This document shows positions 51,011 to 60,182 of a DNA stretch of 64,000 bases, piece by piece (positions within the stretch are counted from its first letter, which is position 1; every line of letters starts with the position of its first letter). The stretch covers positions 11,988 to 75,987 of the forward strand of contig MFBZ01000029.1 of NCBI GenBank assembly GCA_001776545.1, given 5' to 3'. This DNA is from Candidatus Curtissbacteria bacterium RIFCSPLOWO2_12_FULL_41_16 (GTDB taxonomy: Bacteria > Patescibacteriota > Microgenomatia > Curtissbacterales > GWA2-41-24). The position numbers and the translations under genes are program-made. The notes beneath the pieces were generated by a model. The model made no database searches, was not told where the DNA came from, and was given only the letters and a program-made list of their open reading frames with translations.

Positions 51011-51835
51011 CTACCCTCCCCACCTCGTAGAAATCAAAACAATTACAAATACAATAGCGGCAATTGACAAATGTTCCCAGATAATCCTAGTCTTTAATCT
51101 ATTCTCAAAATTAAATTGCGCCAAACCTAAAAGAACATACATGACTGTAGCCAAAACAAGTGCCCCGTTGATAGAAACGATTGGCCAGAATGAAAGCACC
51201 AAGCCAATTTGAGTAGTCACAAGAGTAAAAATCAGACTGTACATAAAAACGCGTTTGGATATATAATCTTCAAGCTCCAACGACCATAACCCTACTAAAT
51301 ATAAAGGCGCAACAATAGCTACAACGCCTCCCGCAATTAAATAAAATGGCAAGTGCAGCGAAAAAAGCACGTTCCCCAAAAAAAATGTGGCAATTAGTGA
51401 AAACAAAAGACCAACTGCATGAGCGGCTCGAAGTAGTGCAATTGTACGAATAGCGGCAACATTGTAAATATTCGAGGTAAGCATCAAAAGATAAACCGAA
51501 ATTCCAAAGAAAAAAGCGTAAGGAACTTTTGTCAACCACCTAACCGGCAATAAGAAGTAAAAAAGACTGGCTCCCGCTACGAAATAAATCGGCAAAAGAA
51601 GCAATAAAAAGTACTTGATTCCGGCTAACTCACCCCAAAGAGCAAAAATCGCCAAAAGTACAGTTGAGACAACCATAAGCCCCATTACTTGGTATCTAAT
51701 ATTTTCACTCACGGTTTGCGTCGCAAAAAGCACAATTGTCAAGAAAAAAGACATCAGAATAAATCTTTGCCTTTTGGTTATTTCGTAAGAAGTAATCTTT
51801 AAAAAAAATTTGTGAAGAGATTTAATTACTATCAC
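51011..51835 (-). CDS. polytopic membrane protein (DUF5656-like)
   Basis: About 9 TMs, NIYNVAAIRTIALLRAA, LSFWP. Confidence 0.7.
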   Translation of the reverse strand: MIVIKSLHKFFLKITSYEITKRQRFILMSFFLTIVLFATQTVSENIRYQVMGLMVVSTVLLAIFALWGELAGIKYFLLLLLPIYFVAGASLFYFLLPVRWLTKVPYAFFFGISVYLLMLTSNIYNVAAIRTIALLRAAHAVGLLFSLIATFFLGNVLFSLHLPFYLIAGGVVAIVAPLYLVGLWSLELEDYISKRVFMYSLIFTLVTTQIGLVLSFWPIVSINGALVLATVMYVLLGLAQFNFENRLKTRIIWEHLSIAAIVFVIVLISTRWGG

Positions 51836-51856
51836 TTCCCTGCACCTTTTTTAAAA

Positions 51857-52381
51857 TCAAATGCCTTTTGAATTCTTACCGATCTTTATAACATGGCATA
51901 TCGCCACCGCCAATGCATCGGCTGCATCGTCCAAATATCCGTTTAATGGTTTTTTTAACCTTCTTTTACCCAAATACTTCATTACCGATTTTTGAATTTG
52001 TTTTTTATCAGCCCGACCAGAACCGGTCAAGGTAAATTTTACGTGCAGTCCCTGATATTCAAATACTGGAAGCCTATAGGAAGCAGCCGTCGAGAGCACA
52101 ACCCCCCTGGCCTGCCCGACAGTCATTGCAGTTCTGGAATTTGCACCAAAGAACAATTGTTCAACAATAACACAATCAGGTCTAAACAGATTTAATAGTC
52201 TTTTTAAATCTTTTTGAATACTATATAACCTCAATGGCATCTCTTTATCTTTAGGGGTAACAATACATCCATAATCAATCAACTCAATACCATTTTTGAT
52301 CTTTGATTTTTGATTTTTGCTATGTTTTATTACCCCATAGCCTGTTGTCGCCGTACCCGGATCAATGCCGAAAATTATCAT
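51857..52381 (-). CDS. ruvC: Holliday junction resolvase RuvC
   Basis: GIDPG..TGYG, EQLFF, VGQARGV, DDAADALAVAICH. Confidence 0.96.
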   Translation of the reverse strand: MIIFGIDPGTATTGYGVIKHSKNQKSKIKNGIELIDYGCIVTPKDKEMPLRLYSIQKDLKRLLNLFRPDCVIVEQLFFGANSRTAMTVGQARGVVLSTAASYRLPVFEYQGLHVKFTLTGSGRADKKQIQKSVMKYLGKRRLKKPLNGYLDDAADALAVAICHVIKIGKNSKGI

Positions 52382-52514
52382 ATTTTTGTCGAATTTCCAA
52401 TTTCAAATTTCCAGTTACCAATTTCTAATTCTTCTAAACACATTTGACATTTGAAATTTGACATTGGTAATTATTAAAAATTCCCGCAAAAATTTATTCG
52501 CAGAAAAGCTTTGC

Positions 52515-53261
52515 TTATTTTCGCGGGCGTGGTCCGTCATACTCCACATCTTTTTCAGAAAGTCTTCTAAAAGGTTTTTCCCTTAATGCTTCTTCAACAA
52601 CATGAGCAACCAGTCCCGGCGTTCTGGCAATAATAAATACTCCCTTTCCTACCTTCGGATTAAAACCCATCTCCAAGAGTAATGCCGCAATAATGCCGTC
52701 AATATTGATGGGCAATCTTTTGCCACCAAATAATAGTTTCCCCTCTACGGCTTCGGCAAATTTTACAAATTTGCCATAAAATCCAAGCTCCTTGGCAATC
52801 TGAACAAGCCTGATGGTTCTCAGATCAGTTTCGTAAAGTCTATGCCCGAATCCACTAACCCGCTGCCCACTTTTGGCAAAATCCTCGACTAATTTGTCCG
52901 CCCCATCCCCTGCCGGCGGACAATATCTCAAGAAATTTTCCATCGCTGCCTCAATTGCCCCGCCATGATACTCACCCAAAGCTAAAATTCCAGATGCGAC
53001 TGCCGCTTGCACTGGACTACCCCCGGAATAAACGTTTCTCGCAGCCACAACCGACGGCGGCTCTACTCCATGATCGATGGAGATAGTCAAAATTGCCTCC
53101 AGCATCTTCTCGCTGTTTTTATCCGGCATCTCGCCTTTCAAAATCAAGTAAATCGCGCGGGCAAAGGAGTTTGTTCCGGCAAGTTCTGCCAGATCATAAC
53201 CATAAACATAGGGCCTGCCGCCAACGTGGGTGGTAATTGCGCTGCGGTAAGGTTTAGGCAT
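52515..53261 (-). CDS. citryl-CoA lyase (short citrate-synthase fold)
   Basis: DHG..PPS, HGGAIE, GFGHR, NIDG; 248 aa. Confidence 0.85.
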   Translation of the reverse strand: MPKPYRSAITTHVGGRPYVYGYDLAELAGTNSFARAIYLILKGEMPDKNSEKMLEAILTISIDHGVEPPSVVAARNVYSGGSPVQAAVASGILALGEYHGGAIEAAMENFLRYCPPAGDGADKLVEDFAKSGQRVSGFGHRLYETDLRTIRLVQIAKELGFYGKFVKFAEAVEGKLLFGGKRLPINIDGIIAALLLEMGFNPKVGKGVFIIARTPGLVAHVVEEALREKPFRRLSEKDVEYDGPRPRK

Positions 53262-53336
53262 AAATTAAGTATAACTAAAAGGAGATAAAGTAGCAAAAAA
53301 GCAAAAGTACAACGATACAGAATTGTTAAGGTTCCT

Positions 53337-54227
53337 CTAGAGAACTTTTTTGATAAGTTTCGGGATGTCCTCAAAATTTTCGGCGACGATTGCGCCGGAA
53401 TTTTTCAAGATTTTGATCTTCTGCTCCATTGTTGCTTCCAGCCCAACAATCGCACCGGCATGCCCAAGTGCCGTATCGTGCGGCAGCTTTTCCGCAAATT
53501 TACCTGCTAAAAAGACAATAAAAGGCTTGGTGAATTTTCCCTCTTCGATTACCCTTGCAGCTTCTACTTCGGCGCTGCCCCCCACTTCCCCAAAAGCCAC
53601 CACCACTTTTGTCTGAGAATCTTTTTCAAATTCCAAAAGCAAATCAACAAAAGTTGTTCCAACAAGTAAATCGCCACCAATACCCACAACTGTTGACTGC
53701 CCAAATCCCCCATTGGTCACTAAAAGTCCAAGCTCCGAACACATCCCTCCGGACTTAGAAATAATCCCCACCGGCCCTTTGGAAAAAACAGCGTCAGGAG
53801 CAGGCCCTCCGACTGAACCAATCTTACCCTCGCCCGGGCTAATCGCCCCCACTGATGCCGGCCCCAAAACCCGTACGTTCTTTTGGGAAGCGTGCGCGAT
53901 AACGCGCGCCGTATCAAAAACCGGCATTTTCTCTACAAAAATATGCACTAGCGGAATTTGAACCTCAATTGCCTCGACTGCCGCCTCGTAAGATGCAAGC
54001 GGCGGTACGTAAATCATCGCAACGTCAACCGGTCCAGCTTCTCTGAGTGCTTCGCCGACCGAATTAAAAACCGGAACCGTATCCACCTCCTGACCTCCCT
54101 TACCCGGAGTCACACCACTAACCACACGAGTTCCGTAATCCAAAAGCTCAGAAGTAACCTGCATTCCCGACTTGCCGGTAATACCCTGAATCAATATTCT
54201 TGTTTCTCGATTTACTAAAATAGCCAT
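53337..54227 (-). CDS. SucD-like CoA-ligase alpha subunit (probable citryl-CoA synthetase subunit)
   Basis: IQGITG, GVTPGKGG, SKSGG, GIGGD, phospho-His motif LGHAGA. Confidence 0.85.
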   Translation of the reverse strand: MAILVNRETRILIQGITGKSGMQVTSELLDYGTRVVSGVTPGKGGQEVDTVPVFNSVGEALREAGPVDVAMIYVPPLASYEAAVEAIEVQIPLVHIFVEKMPVFDTARVIAHASQKNVRVLGPASVGAISPGEGKIGSVGGPAPDAVFSKGPVGIISKSGGMCSELGLLVTNGGFGQSTVVGIGGDLLVGTTFVDLLLEFEKDSQTKVVVAFGEVGGSAEVEAARVIEEGKFTKPFIVFLAGKFAEKLPHDTALGHAGAIVGLEATMEQKIKILKNSGAIVAENFEDIPKLIKKVL

Positions 54228-54263
54228 GATATTAATTAAAAGTTCAAAATTAAAAGTTCAAAA

Positions 54264-55571
54264 TTATTTTTTTCCATTAACTTTAAACTTTGCACTTTGA
54301 ACCTTGAACTGATTAGATAGCTCAACCATCTTTTTGCATGCCACCGAAATTGGTGTTTCCGGCCCAAACAAATGGATATCATACTCTTCTTTTTTGGCAA
54401 CCCGCCTAAGCATCTCATACGCTTCTTTCTGTCTCGGTCCTCCCCGGCGAATCACAATTGGGTAATCCGGTTTTGGTTTTATTTGCCCAAGGCCTTGCAC
54501 AAAACCTGAAAGCGTTTCGTAAATATCAGTAAAGTTGGCGACCGCTCCCGCAACTAAACAACCTGACAAGCCTTTTCTTGAAAGTGTAACCTGCGTCAAT
54601 TTTTCGACTTTTTCCCTCGACGGGTTGCCGGAATATTCCGTGTAATTTGCCGGTCTGCCTCCAGAGGCTATCACCGCATCCATTACGAGAAGCGACGCCC
54701 CTCCGCCTGAAGCCAAAATGGCAATATCACCCGCTTCGCCACGAGGCGAGCCATCAAGTTCGATAAAAGTTGAACCCGCTGAGCCACGGTAATCTTCCTC
54801 GTCGATTTTTTTGGCCGCCAGTTCTCGCTGTGATGGAATCGCCGATATCGCTCCCTTTGACAAAACATCTAAATCTCGATGACGGGCCAGTCCAGCATCA
54901 TCAAGAATAATTTTGGCATCAACAGCTACGTAGTCAAACTCACCATTAACACTCCCACGTTTACTCTGAGCTCGTCGAAGGGCCAAAGGATTAACTTCTA
55001 TCAACCGGCAGTCATAACGCCAAAAAGCATCCCAAAGGCGCAAAATAAAATCGATAAGTCTATCTTCTTTAGGGGTCCGACCCCTATTAGGGGTTGAACC
55101 CCTAAATATCTTTTCCAAATCTTTTTTAATTGGCCCTGCCAAAGGGTCAAAATCAATTCTTATAATCGCCTCAGGATTAGCCTTTTTTACCTCCTCAATA
55201 TCAACTCCCCCTTTTTGAGAAAACAGCAAGAAGGGTATCTTCAGCGCAGTATCGTAAGTGATCGAAATATAATACTCGCTTTCGATATCAACCTTTTCGG
55301 CAAGTGCTATGAACCTTACCTGCTCTCCATTAAATTCTTTTCCTAAATGCTCTCTTGCAAAAGCAGTCAGCTGTTTTTCTGTCGTACAAACCTTTACTCC
55401 ACCACGTCTACCGCGATTTCCGGAAAGTACTTGGACTTTTGCAACGATTGGAAATTTAAGACGCTTGCGAGCCTGTTTCACCGCATCTAAATCCGAAGTC
55501 ATCACAAAAAAAGGGGTTTCTATCCCAACCTTTGAAAGAATCCGCAGACCTTCAAATTCGTATAGCTTCAT
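54264..55571 (-). CDS. ATP-grasp CoA-ligase beta subunit with ATP-citrate-lyase-type citrate-binding domain
   Basis: SucC-like N-terminus; ANYTEYSGNP, GAVANFTD, IRRGGP, FGPET motifs typical of AclB. Confidence 0.8.
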   Translation of the reverse strand: MKLYEFEGLRILSKVGIETPFFVMTSDLDAVKQARKRLKFPIVAKVQVLSGNRGRRGGVKVCTTEKQLTAFAREHLGKEFNGEQVRFIALAEKVDIESEYYISITYDTALKIPFLLFSQKGGVDIEEVKKANPEAIIRIDFDPLAGPIKKDLEKIFRGSTPNRGRTPKEDRLIDFILRLWDAFWRYDCRLIEVNPLALRRAQSKRGSVNGEFDYVAVDAKIILDDAGLARHRDLDVLSKGAISAIPSQRELAAKKIDEEDYRGSAGSTFIELDGSPRGEAGDIAILASGGGASLLVMDAVIASGGRPANYTEYSGNPSREKVEKLTQVTLSRKGLSGCLVAGAVANFTDIYETLSGFVQGLGQIKPKPDYPIVIRRGGPRQKEAYEMLRRVAKKEEYDIHLFGPETPISVACKKMVELSNQFKVQSAKFKVNGKK

Positions 55572-55677
55572 CGATATTTTAAAATTCTAGCATAAAAGGC
55601 GCGTATAAAGTAGAATATTTTTATATCAGCAGGTCGCCAACTATTCATTATTTGAATAAAAAGGAGGTTTTGAAATT

Positions 55678-56106
55678 ATGGAAATAACCTTGGCCACCAA
55701 AGAAGACGTCGACGGCATTTTATACCTTCAAACCCAAATTTACCGGGTTTCCTCTCTACCTCAAAATTCTAGGAAGATCCTAGACAAACTAATCACGAAT
55801 CACGATTGCGATGTCTTAGTAGCAAAAAAAGATGATGAGATTGCCGGATCCGCATTTCTTTTTTACTTACCTATCCCGGCTCACGGCAAGCCCTGCGCTT
55901 TTCTGGAAGGAGTGGTGGTTGATGAAAAATTCAGAAAAAGAGGGATTGGCACCAAATTAACCCAAAAAGCAGTAGAACTTGCCAAAGAAAAAGGTGCCTA
56001 CAAAATCCTCTTTACTTCCGGATTTAATAGAAAAGATATCCACAAGTTTTACGAAAAACTTGGTTTTAAAAAATGGGGCTTTGAGTTTAGAATGGATTTG
56101 GAATAG
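55678..56106 (+). CDS. GNAT acetyltransferase
   Basis: VVVDEKFRKRGIGTKL, FYEKLGF; SD AAGGAGG. Confidence 0.92.
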   Translation: MEITLATKEDVDGILYLQTQIYRVSSLPQNSRKILDKLITNHDCDVLVAKKDDEIAGSAFLFYLPIPAHGKPCAFLEGVVVDEKFRKRGIGTKLTQKAVELAKEKGAYKILFTSGFNRKDIHKFYEKLGFKKWGFEFRMDLE

Positions 56107-56188
56107 TCTATGATAAATTTATGATTTTAACCCCGCTCAAGCCCGGGACTTGATGGCTTATTCAATCTGTCCTTAATCAAACCGGTAA

Positions 56189-56710
56189 TTATTGTCTAAT
56201 TGCCTTACTTTCCCAAATTGTCCCAAAAATTCTACTCTCACCCCATATCATACTTCTATTAAGCTCTGATAGCGCATTTTTTGAATATCGCAAAACCGCA
56301 CCTTCTATCTCATCCGGAGAAAAGAATGGCGCAATTCCCATTTTAACCGCGCAAAAATTTCTACTTTCAAAAAATTTGTTTGGATCGTCAAAACCTCCAT
56401 CAAATAACGCCAAGGAAATCTTATCCAGGTCAGTCTGTGGAGATGTTTCCGATATTAACTCGCAAATTCCCAGTTTAATTGCACTTGAAGCCTTCCGGTT
56501 GAGTTTCCTGGAAGAAACAATTTCCAAAATATTTCTTTCTTCTAAGGAAGATGGCAACATCCGCCACCAATTAAACATCCTTATGGAGCATTTTTCTCCT
56601 AGGACAAAAACTATCCCATGCCTTACGGAAAGCGAGGGCAAAATGGCAAACCCATCGCAAGAACCGATGCGAACTTCTATATCGCTACCATCATCTCTCT
56701 CCATTGTCAT
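56189..56710 (-). CDS. hypothetical protein
   Basis: 173-codon ORF co-oriented just downstream of yebC. Confidence 0.5.
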   Translation of the reverse strand: MTMERDDGSDIEVRIGSCDGFAILPSLSVRHGIVFVLGEKCSIRMFNWWRMLPSSLEERNILEIVSSRKLNRKASSAIKLGICELISETSPQTDLDKISLALFDGGFDDPNKFFESRNFCAVKMGIAPFFSPDEIEGAVLRYSKNALSELNRSMIWGESRIFGTIWESKAIRQ

Positions 56711-56730
56711 GATTTTCGACTTAATTTATT

Positions 56731-57483
56731 TTACTTCCCGGCCAATATTTCGTCCGGAATGTCAAAATTTGAATAGACTTTCTGGACATCATCGAGTTCC
56801 TCCAGTTTCTCAATCAGCGACAAAACTTTTTTGGCAGTTTCGGGATCGGCAATCTCAACCGTTGTGGTCGGTTTTTTGACAAGCTCCACGCTTCCGGCCT
56901 TAAGTCCCTTCTCCAAAAGCGCTCTTCTGACAGTTTCTATCTCAGTCGGTTTGGTATAAACCTCGACCAAGTCGCCGGCTTCCTCGACATCCTCGGCCCC
57001 CGCCTCCGCCGCCATTTCAAAAATTTCATCTACCGACTTACCGTCCCTGGGAACAGTAATTAAGCCCTGGTCTTTAAACATCCAAGAGACGGCACCCAAA
57101 GACGCAAAAGTTCCCCCGGATTTTTCAATTACTCCCCTTATTTCGGAAAGTGCCCGATTGCGGTTGTCAGTTGTTGCCTCAACTATTAAACCGACTTTTC
57201 CTGGACCGTACCCTTCGTAGGCGACTGATTCCAGCTGTCCCCCGCCCCCTCCTTTTCCCAGGCCCCTGTCAATCGCCCGCTGGATGTTTTCCTTCGGCAT
57301 GTTTACCGCCCGGGCCTGGTCAATTGCCAGTCTCAGTTTGAAATTGCTGACCGGGTCCCCTCCACCGCCTTCACGAACGGCAATGGTGATCGCGTTTCCT
57401 AACTTAGTAAAAGCCTGTCCGCGTTTTACGTCTGCCACACCCTTTTGCCTCTTAATCTGCGACCACTTGCTATGTCCCGACAT
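56731..57483 (-). CDS. yebC: YebC/PmpR-family protein
   Basis: MSGHSKWSQIKRQKG, YEGYGPG, TDNRNR, DDVQKVYSN. Confidence 0.96.
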   Translation of the reverse strand: MSGHSKWSQIKRQKGVADVKRGQAFTKLGNAITIAVREGGGGDPVSNFKLRLAIDQARAVNMPKENIQRAIDRGLGKGGGGGQLESVAYEGYGPGKVGLIVEATTDNRNRALSEIRGVIEKSGGTFASLGAVSWMFKDQGLITVPRDGKSVDEIFEMAAEAGAEDVEEAGDLVEVYTKPTEIETVRRALLEKGLKAGSVELVKKPTTTVEIADPETAKKVLSLIEKLEELDDVQKVYSNFDIPDEILAGK

Positions 57484-57521
57484 ATCTCACCAATTTTAAA
57501 TTTTCAAAACTTATTTTGCAA

Positions 57522-57554
57522 TCATTAGGGGTCATTAGGGGTCCGACCCCTAAA
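57522..57554. repeat. family C palindrome AGGGGTCCGACCCCT with an adjacent 10-bp direct duplication
   Basis: Same 15-mer at 55071 and 62940; TCATTAGGGG occurs twice. Confidence 0.8.
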
Positions 57555-57649
57555 TAACGTTTTGAACAAGCCGAGTACTCAAAATATCCAATAATGTTTC
57601 AAGATTTTCACCCATTGACTTCACATACGAACTAACTTAATTTGGTTTC

Positions 57650-58363
57650 ATGGTCAATTTATTGCCTGGGAGTTGGCAGGAAAGCAACGAAATGAAGTTC
57701 CTAACCAGAACCGCAATCAAGCTGGCCATGGAAAACAACTGGCAAGAAGCGGCGAAAATCAATAAAAAGATCTTACTTTCCCAAAAAGATGATATCGAAA
57801 CTCTCAACCGCCTGGCTTTCGCCTACTCGTGTCTCAAAGAGTTTAAAAAGGCTCAAAAAGCTTACAAAAAAGTTTTAGGAATTGACCCTTTTAATATAAT
57901 CGCCGCCAAAAATCTGGCAAAAATTACCAAAGGAAACCGCAACGGCCAAACAAACGGTGAGCATCATTCAAACAATAAATTTGCATCACTTGACAATCTT
58001 TCAAGTGTCTTTTTATACGAACCCGGAAAGACTAAAACAGTCAACCTTTTAAATTTGGCCCCGCCGTCCGTGTTGGCAACTTTAAATTGTGGAGACCAGG
58101 TCCTTATCAATCTCAAAAAACACGCAGTCACGATTACCAACCTTGACGGTCTTTATCTTGGAGCCCTACCGGACGATCTTGCCCATAGGCTTCTCACTTT
58201 AATCAACGGAGGTAATAAGTATGAAGCGTATATCAGATCTTTAACGACAAAAATGTTGACTTTATTTATCAGGGAAGTTGAGAGATCAGAAAGATTTGTC
58301 AATCAACCTTCTTTCCAGAACAGCTTCAACCCTCTCCTCGAAGAGGAACGCTCTTTTGTTTAA
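57650..58363 (+). CDS. TPR protein with HIRAN-like C-terminal domain
   Basis: WQEAAKIN...LNRLAFAY...AYKKVLGIDPFNIIAAKNL; YLGALPDDLAHRL...GNKY. Confidence 0.7.
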   Translation: MVNLLPGSWQESNEMKFLTRTAIKLAMENNWQEAAKINKKILLSQKDDIETLNRLAFAYSCLKEFKKAQKAYKKVLGIDPFNIIAAKNLAKITKGNRNGQTNGEHHSNNKFASLDNLSSVFLYEPGKTKTVNLLNLAPPSVLATLNCGDQVLINLKKHAVTITNLDGLYLGALPDDLAHRLLTLINGGNKYEAYIRSLTTKMLTLFIREVERSERFVNQPSFQNSFNPLLEEERSFV

Positions 58364-58376
58364 ACTTAGACAAAAC

Positions 58377-58760
58377 TCACTTTATAGAAGAATTATGGGG
58401 ATTTACCCACTCTCCGGACAGACCCTCTTGTTTACCGCCTGTTAAGACTTTGCCACGCCCGAAAAAATCATCTATCTGGTGCCTGCCGCTATCCAGCTTA
58501 TTGTCAGTTGACGACTCGTCAAAACTTAAGGATTGCGGCAATCCAAAAGAAGGGCTTTGGTCGGAACTCGCGGGCGAAATTTTTTCCGTAGTTTTTTCCA
58601 AAACGCCTGGTTTTGCCAATATTGATATGGCAGATGACCCCGACTCGGATGTTTCAGGCTGTGTTTGTTTTTTGACCTTTTCCTGCTCGCGAATCAGGGA
58701 AATTAGGGCAATCGCAAATGAAATGACAAGAATCACAAACCCCACTGCAGCAAAAATCAT
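58377..58760 (-). CDS. N-terminally anchored low-complexity protein
   Basis: N-terminal TM; 4-bp overlap with the upstream gene. Confidence 0.6.
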   Translation of the reverse strand: MIFAAVGFVILVISFAIALISLIREQEKVKKQTQPETSESGSSAISILAKPGVLEKTTEKISPASSDQSPSFGLPQSLSFDESSTDNKLDSGRHQIDDFFGRGKVLTGGKQEGLSGEWVNPHNSSIK

Positions 58761-59803
58761 TCAAAGTATTTTCTGGCAAAATCTGCTCCTACCACCACAG
58801 TCGCAAGACCCGCATTCTCCTCTCCGGCTTGCGAAACTATATCACAATTAAACAATTTCGACAAATAGACGCTATCTTTGCCGCCATCACCGGAAAGAAT
58901 CACTGAACTTTCTCTCCTGTCCCCTTGGCTCTCTACACGAACAACATCAAAACCGACACTTGTAACAAAGTCCGTTGCCAACTTAGCCGCAGAGGAAGAA
59001 CCAGAAGCGTTGCGGATTGTAACTTTAAAATTCTTTCTCATTATTTCCGGCGTCTCCAAATATTTGGCGATAACCCGATTTAAAGAAACTTCATCAACAC
59101 CCAATACTTTTTGGCTGTCTCCAAAAACAATTTCCTCGCCATAACTCGAAAGGTCAACTAAATTCAACTGATTTATACTAAGACCTTTTACTTGCCACCA
59201 CAAGCGAAGCGCATCCAGTCGAGTAATATTTGTCTCTTGAACGTTAAAACTTTTAGGACGGGCCAAAATCAGAAAAGGGGTTAAAGGGGACGCAAAATTT
59301 TTAAACATTTTTTGCGCCTCTTTCTCGTTAATATTCTGTTTATCCTTATAAATAACATAGTTTTCAATTTTTGCCCCGAACGAAAGAGTCAAAATTTTCG
59401 CAAATTTTATTCCGTCTTTTTCCTCAACCACGGAAGAAATTTTGACAATTGGTTTATTTATTTGCCCGGAAGGCAAGTAGAAGTTATCATTAACCGTCAA
59501 AAATATCATTCTTTTGGGATCTTTCTGATAAATAAAAACCGAAGGCTGAGATGTTGAAAGTGCTAAAACAAACGAACCCTTACCGTCCCAGCCCGATTTA
59601 TCAAGATATTTTTTAAAAGACAACGACTTAATAAAACCGGAAAGAACTGCAAAAATCAGAACTATTACGATGAAGGCGGCAAGTAAATCTCGCCATTTTT
59701 TTTGGACTTGGTGCTTTTTCCAAGAAGATCGAGTGGCAGGATAATCCGTCATCTTTTTCGTATTCAACTTATCCTGCCCTGCAAAAAAATCCCTCACACC
59801 CAA
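58757..59803 (-). CDS. LytR C-terminal domain-containing membrane protein (degenerate LCP-like)
   Basis: TM, then VTIRNASG....A......GFDV...VVVGADF. Confidence 0.75.
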   Translation of the reverse strand: MGVRDFFAGQDKLNTKKMTDYPATRSSWKKHQVQKKWRDLLAAFIVIVLIFAVLSGFIKSLSFKKYLDKSGWDGKGSFVLALSTSQPSVFIYQKDPKRMIFLTVNDNFYLPSGQINKPIVKISSVVEEKDGIKFAKILTLSFGAKIENYVIYKDKQNINEKEAQKMFKNFASPLTPFLILARPKSFNVQETNITRLDALRLWWQVKGLSINQLNLVDLSSYGEEIVFGDSQKVLGVDEVSLNRVIAKYLETPEIMRKNFKVTIRNASGSSSAAKLATDFVTSVGFDVVRVESQGDRRESSVILSGDGGKDSVYLSKLFNCDIVSQAGEENAGLATVVVGADFARKYFE

Positions 59804-59936
59804 AAGTCATTTCAAAACCTCTCTTGTCATCTCTTCAAGTCATCTCTTCAAGCTCAGAATGACGACGTTGAAACAGGCTCTAAATTGACTTTACTGAATT
59901 TAAAATTCCTTTATCTATTTGAAATTTTAAACTTTC

Positions 59937-60074
59937 TTAGCCCTTCTCCTTTTTCCCGATGATCTCTACTTTCGGAGGCGCAAAAACTTTGGCAATTTGC
60001 CCGGCTTGCTTTTCCAAAATCTCTTTTTTCTTCTTCCTCTTCTCACCTTTATAATAACTTCCAAAACTGCTCAT
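59937..60074 (-). CDS. putative 45-aa basic small protein
   Basis: MSSFGSYYKGEKRKKKKEILEKQAGQIAKVFAPPKVEIIGKKEKG*. Confidence 0.55.
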   Translation of the reverse strand: MSSFGSYYKGEKRKKKKEILEKQAGQIAKVFAPPKVEIIGKKEKG

Positions 60075-60182
60075 AATTTATTCCACCAAAAACACCCGAT
60101 ATGTACAAAAGGCAACCTCCATATTCATTCTAACAACCAGACGCAAACCAGAACAAGCCCGCATGTTGTATAATCAGCCATC

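Noticed and set aside
52515-55571. Ordinary sucCD plus citrate synthase (TCA cycle)
   Set aside because: The beta subunit has ACL-type motifs, and the synthase-like protein is too short, fitting citryl-CoA lyase.
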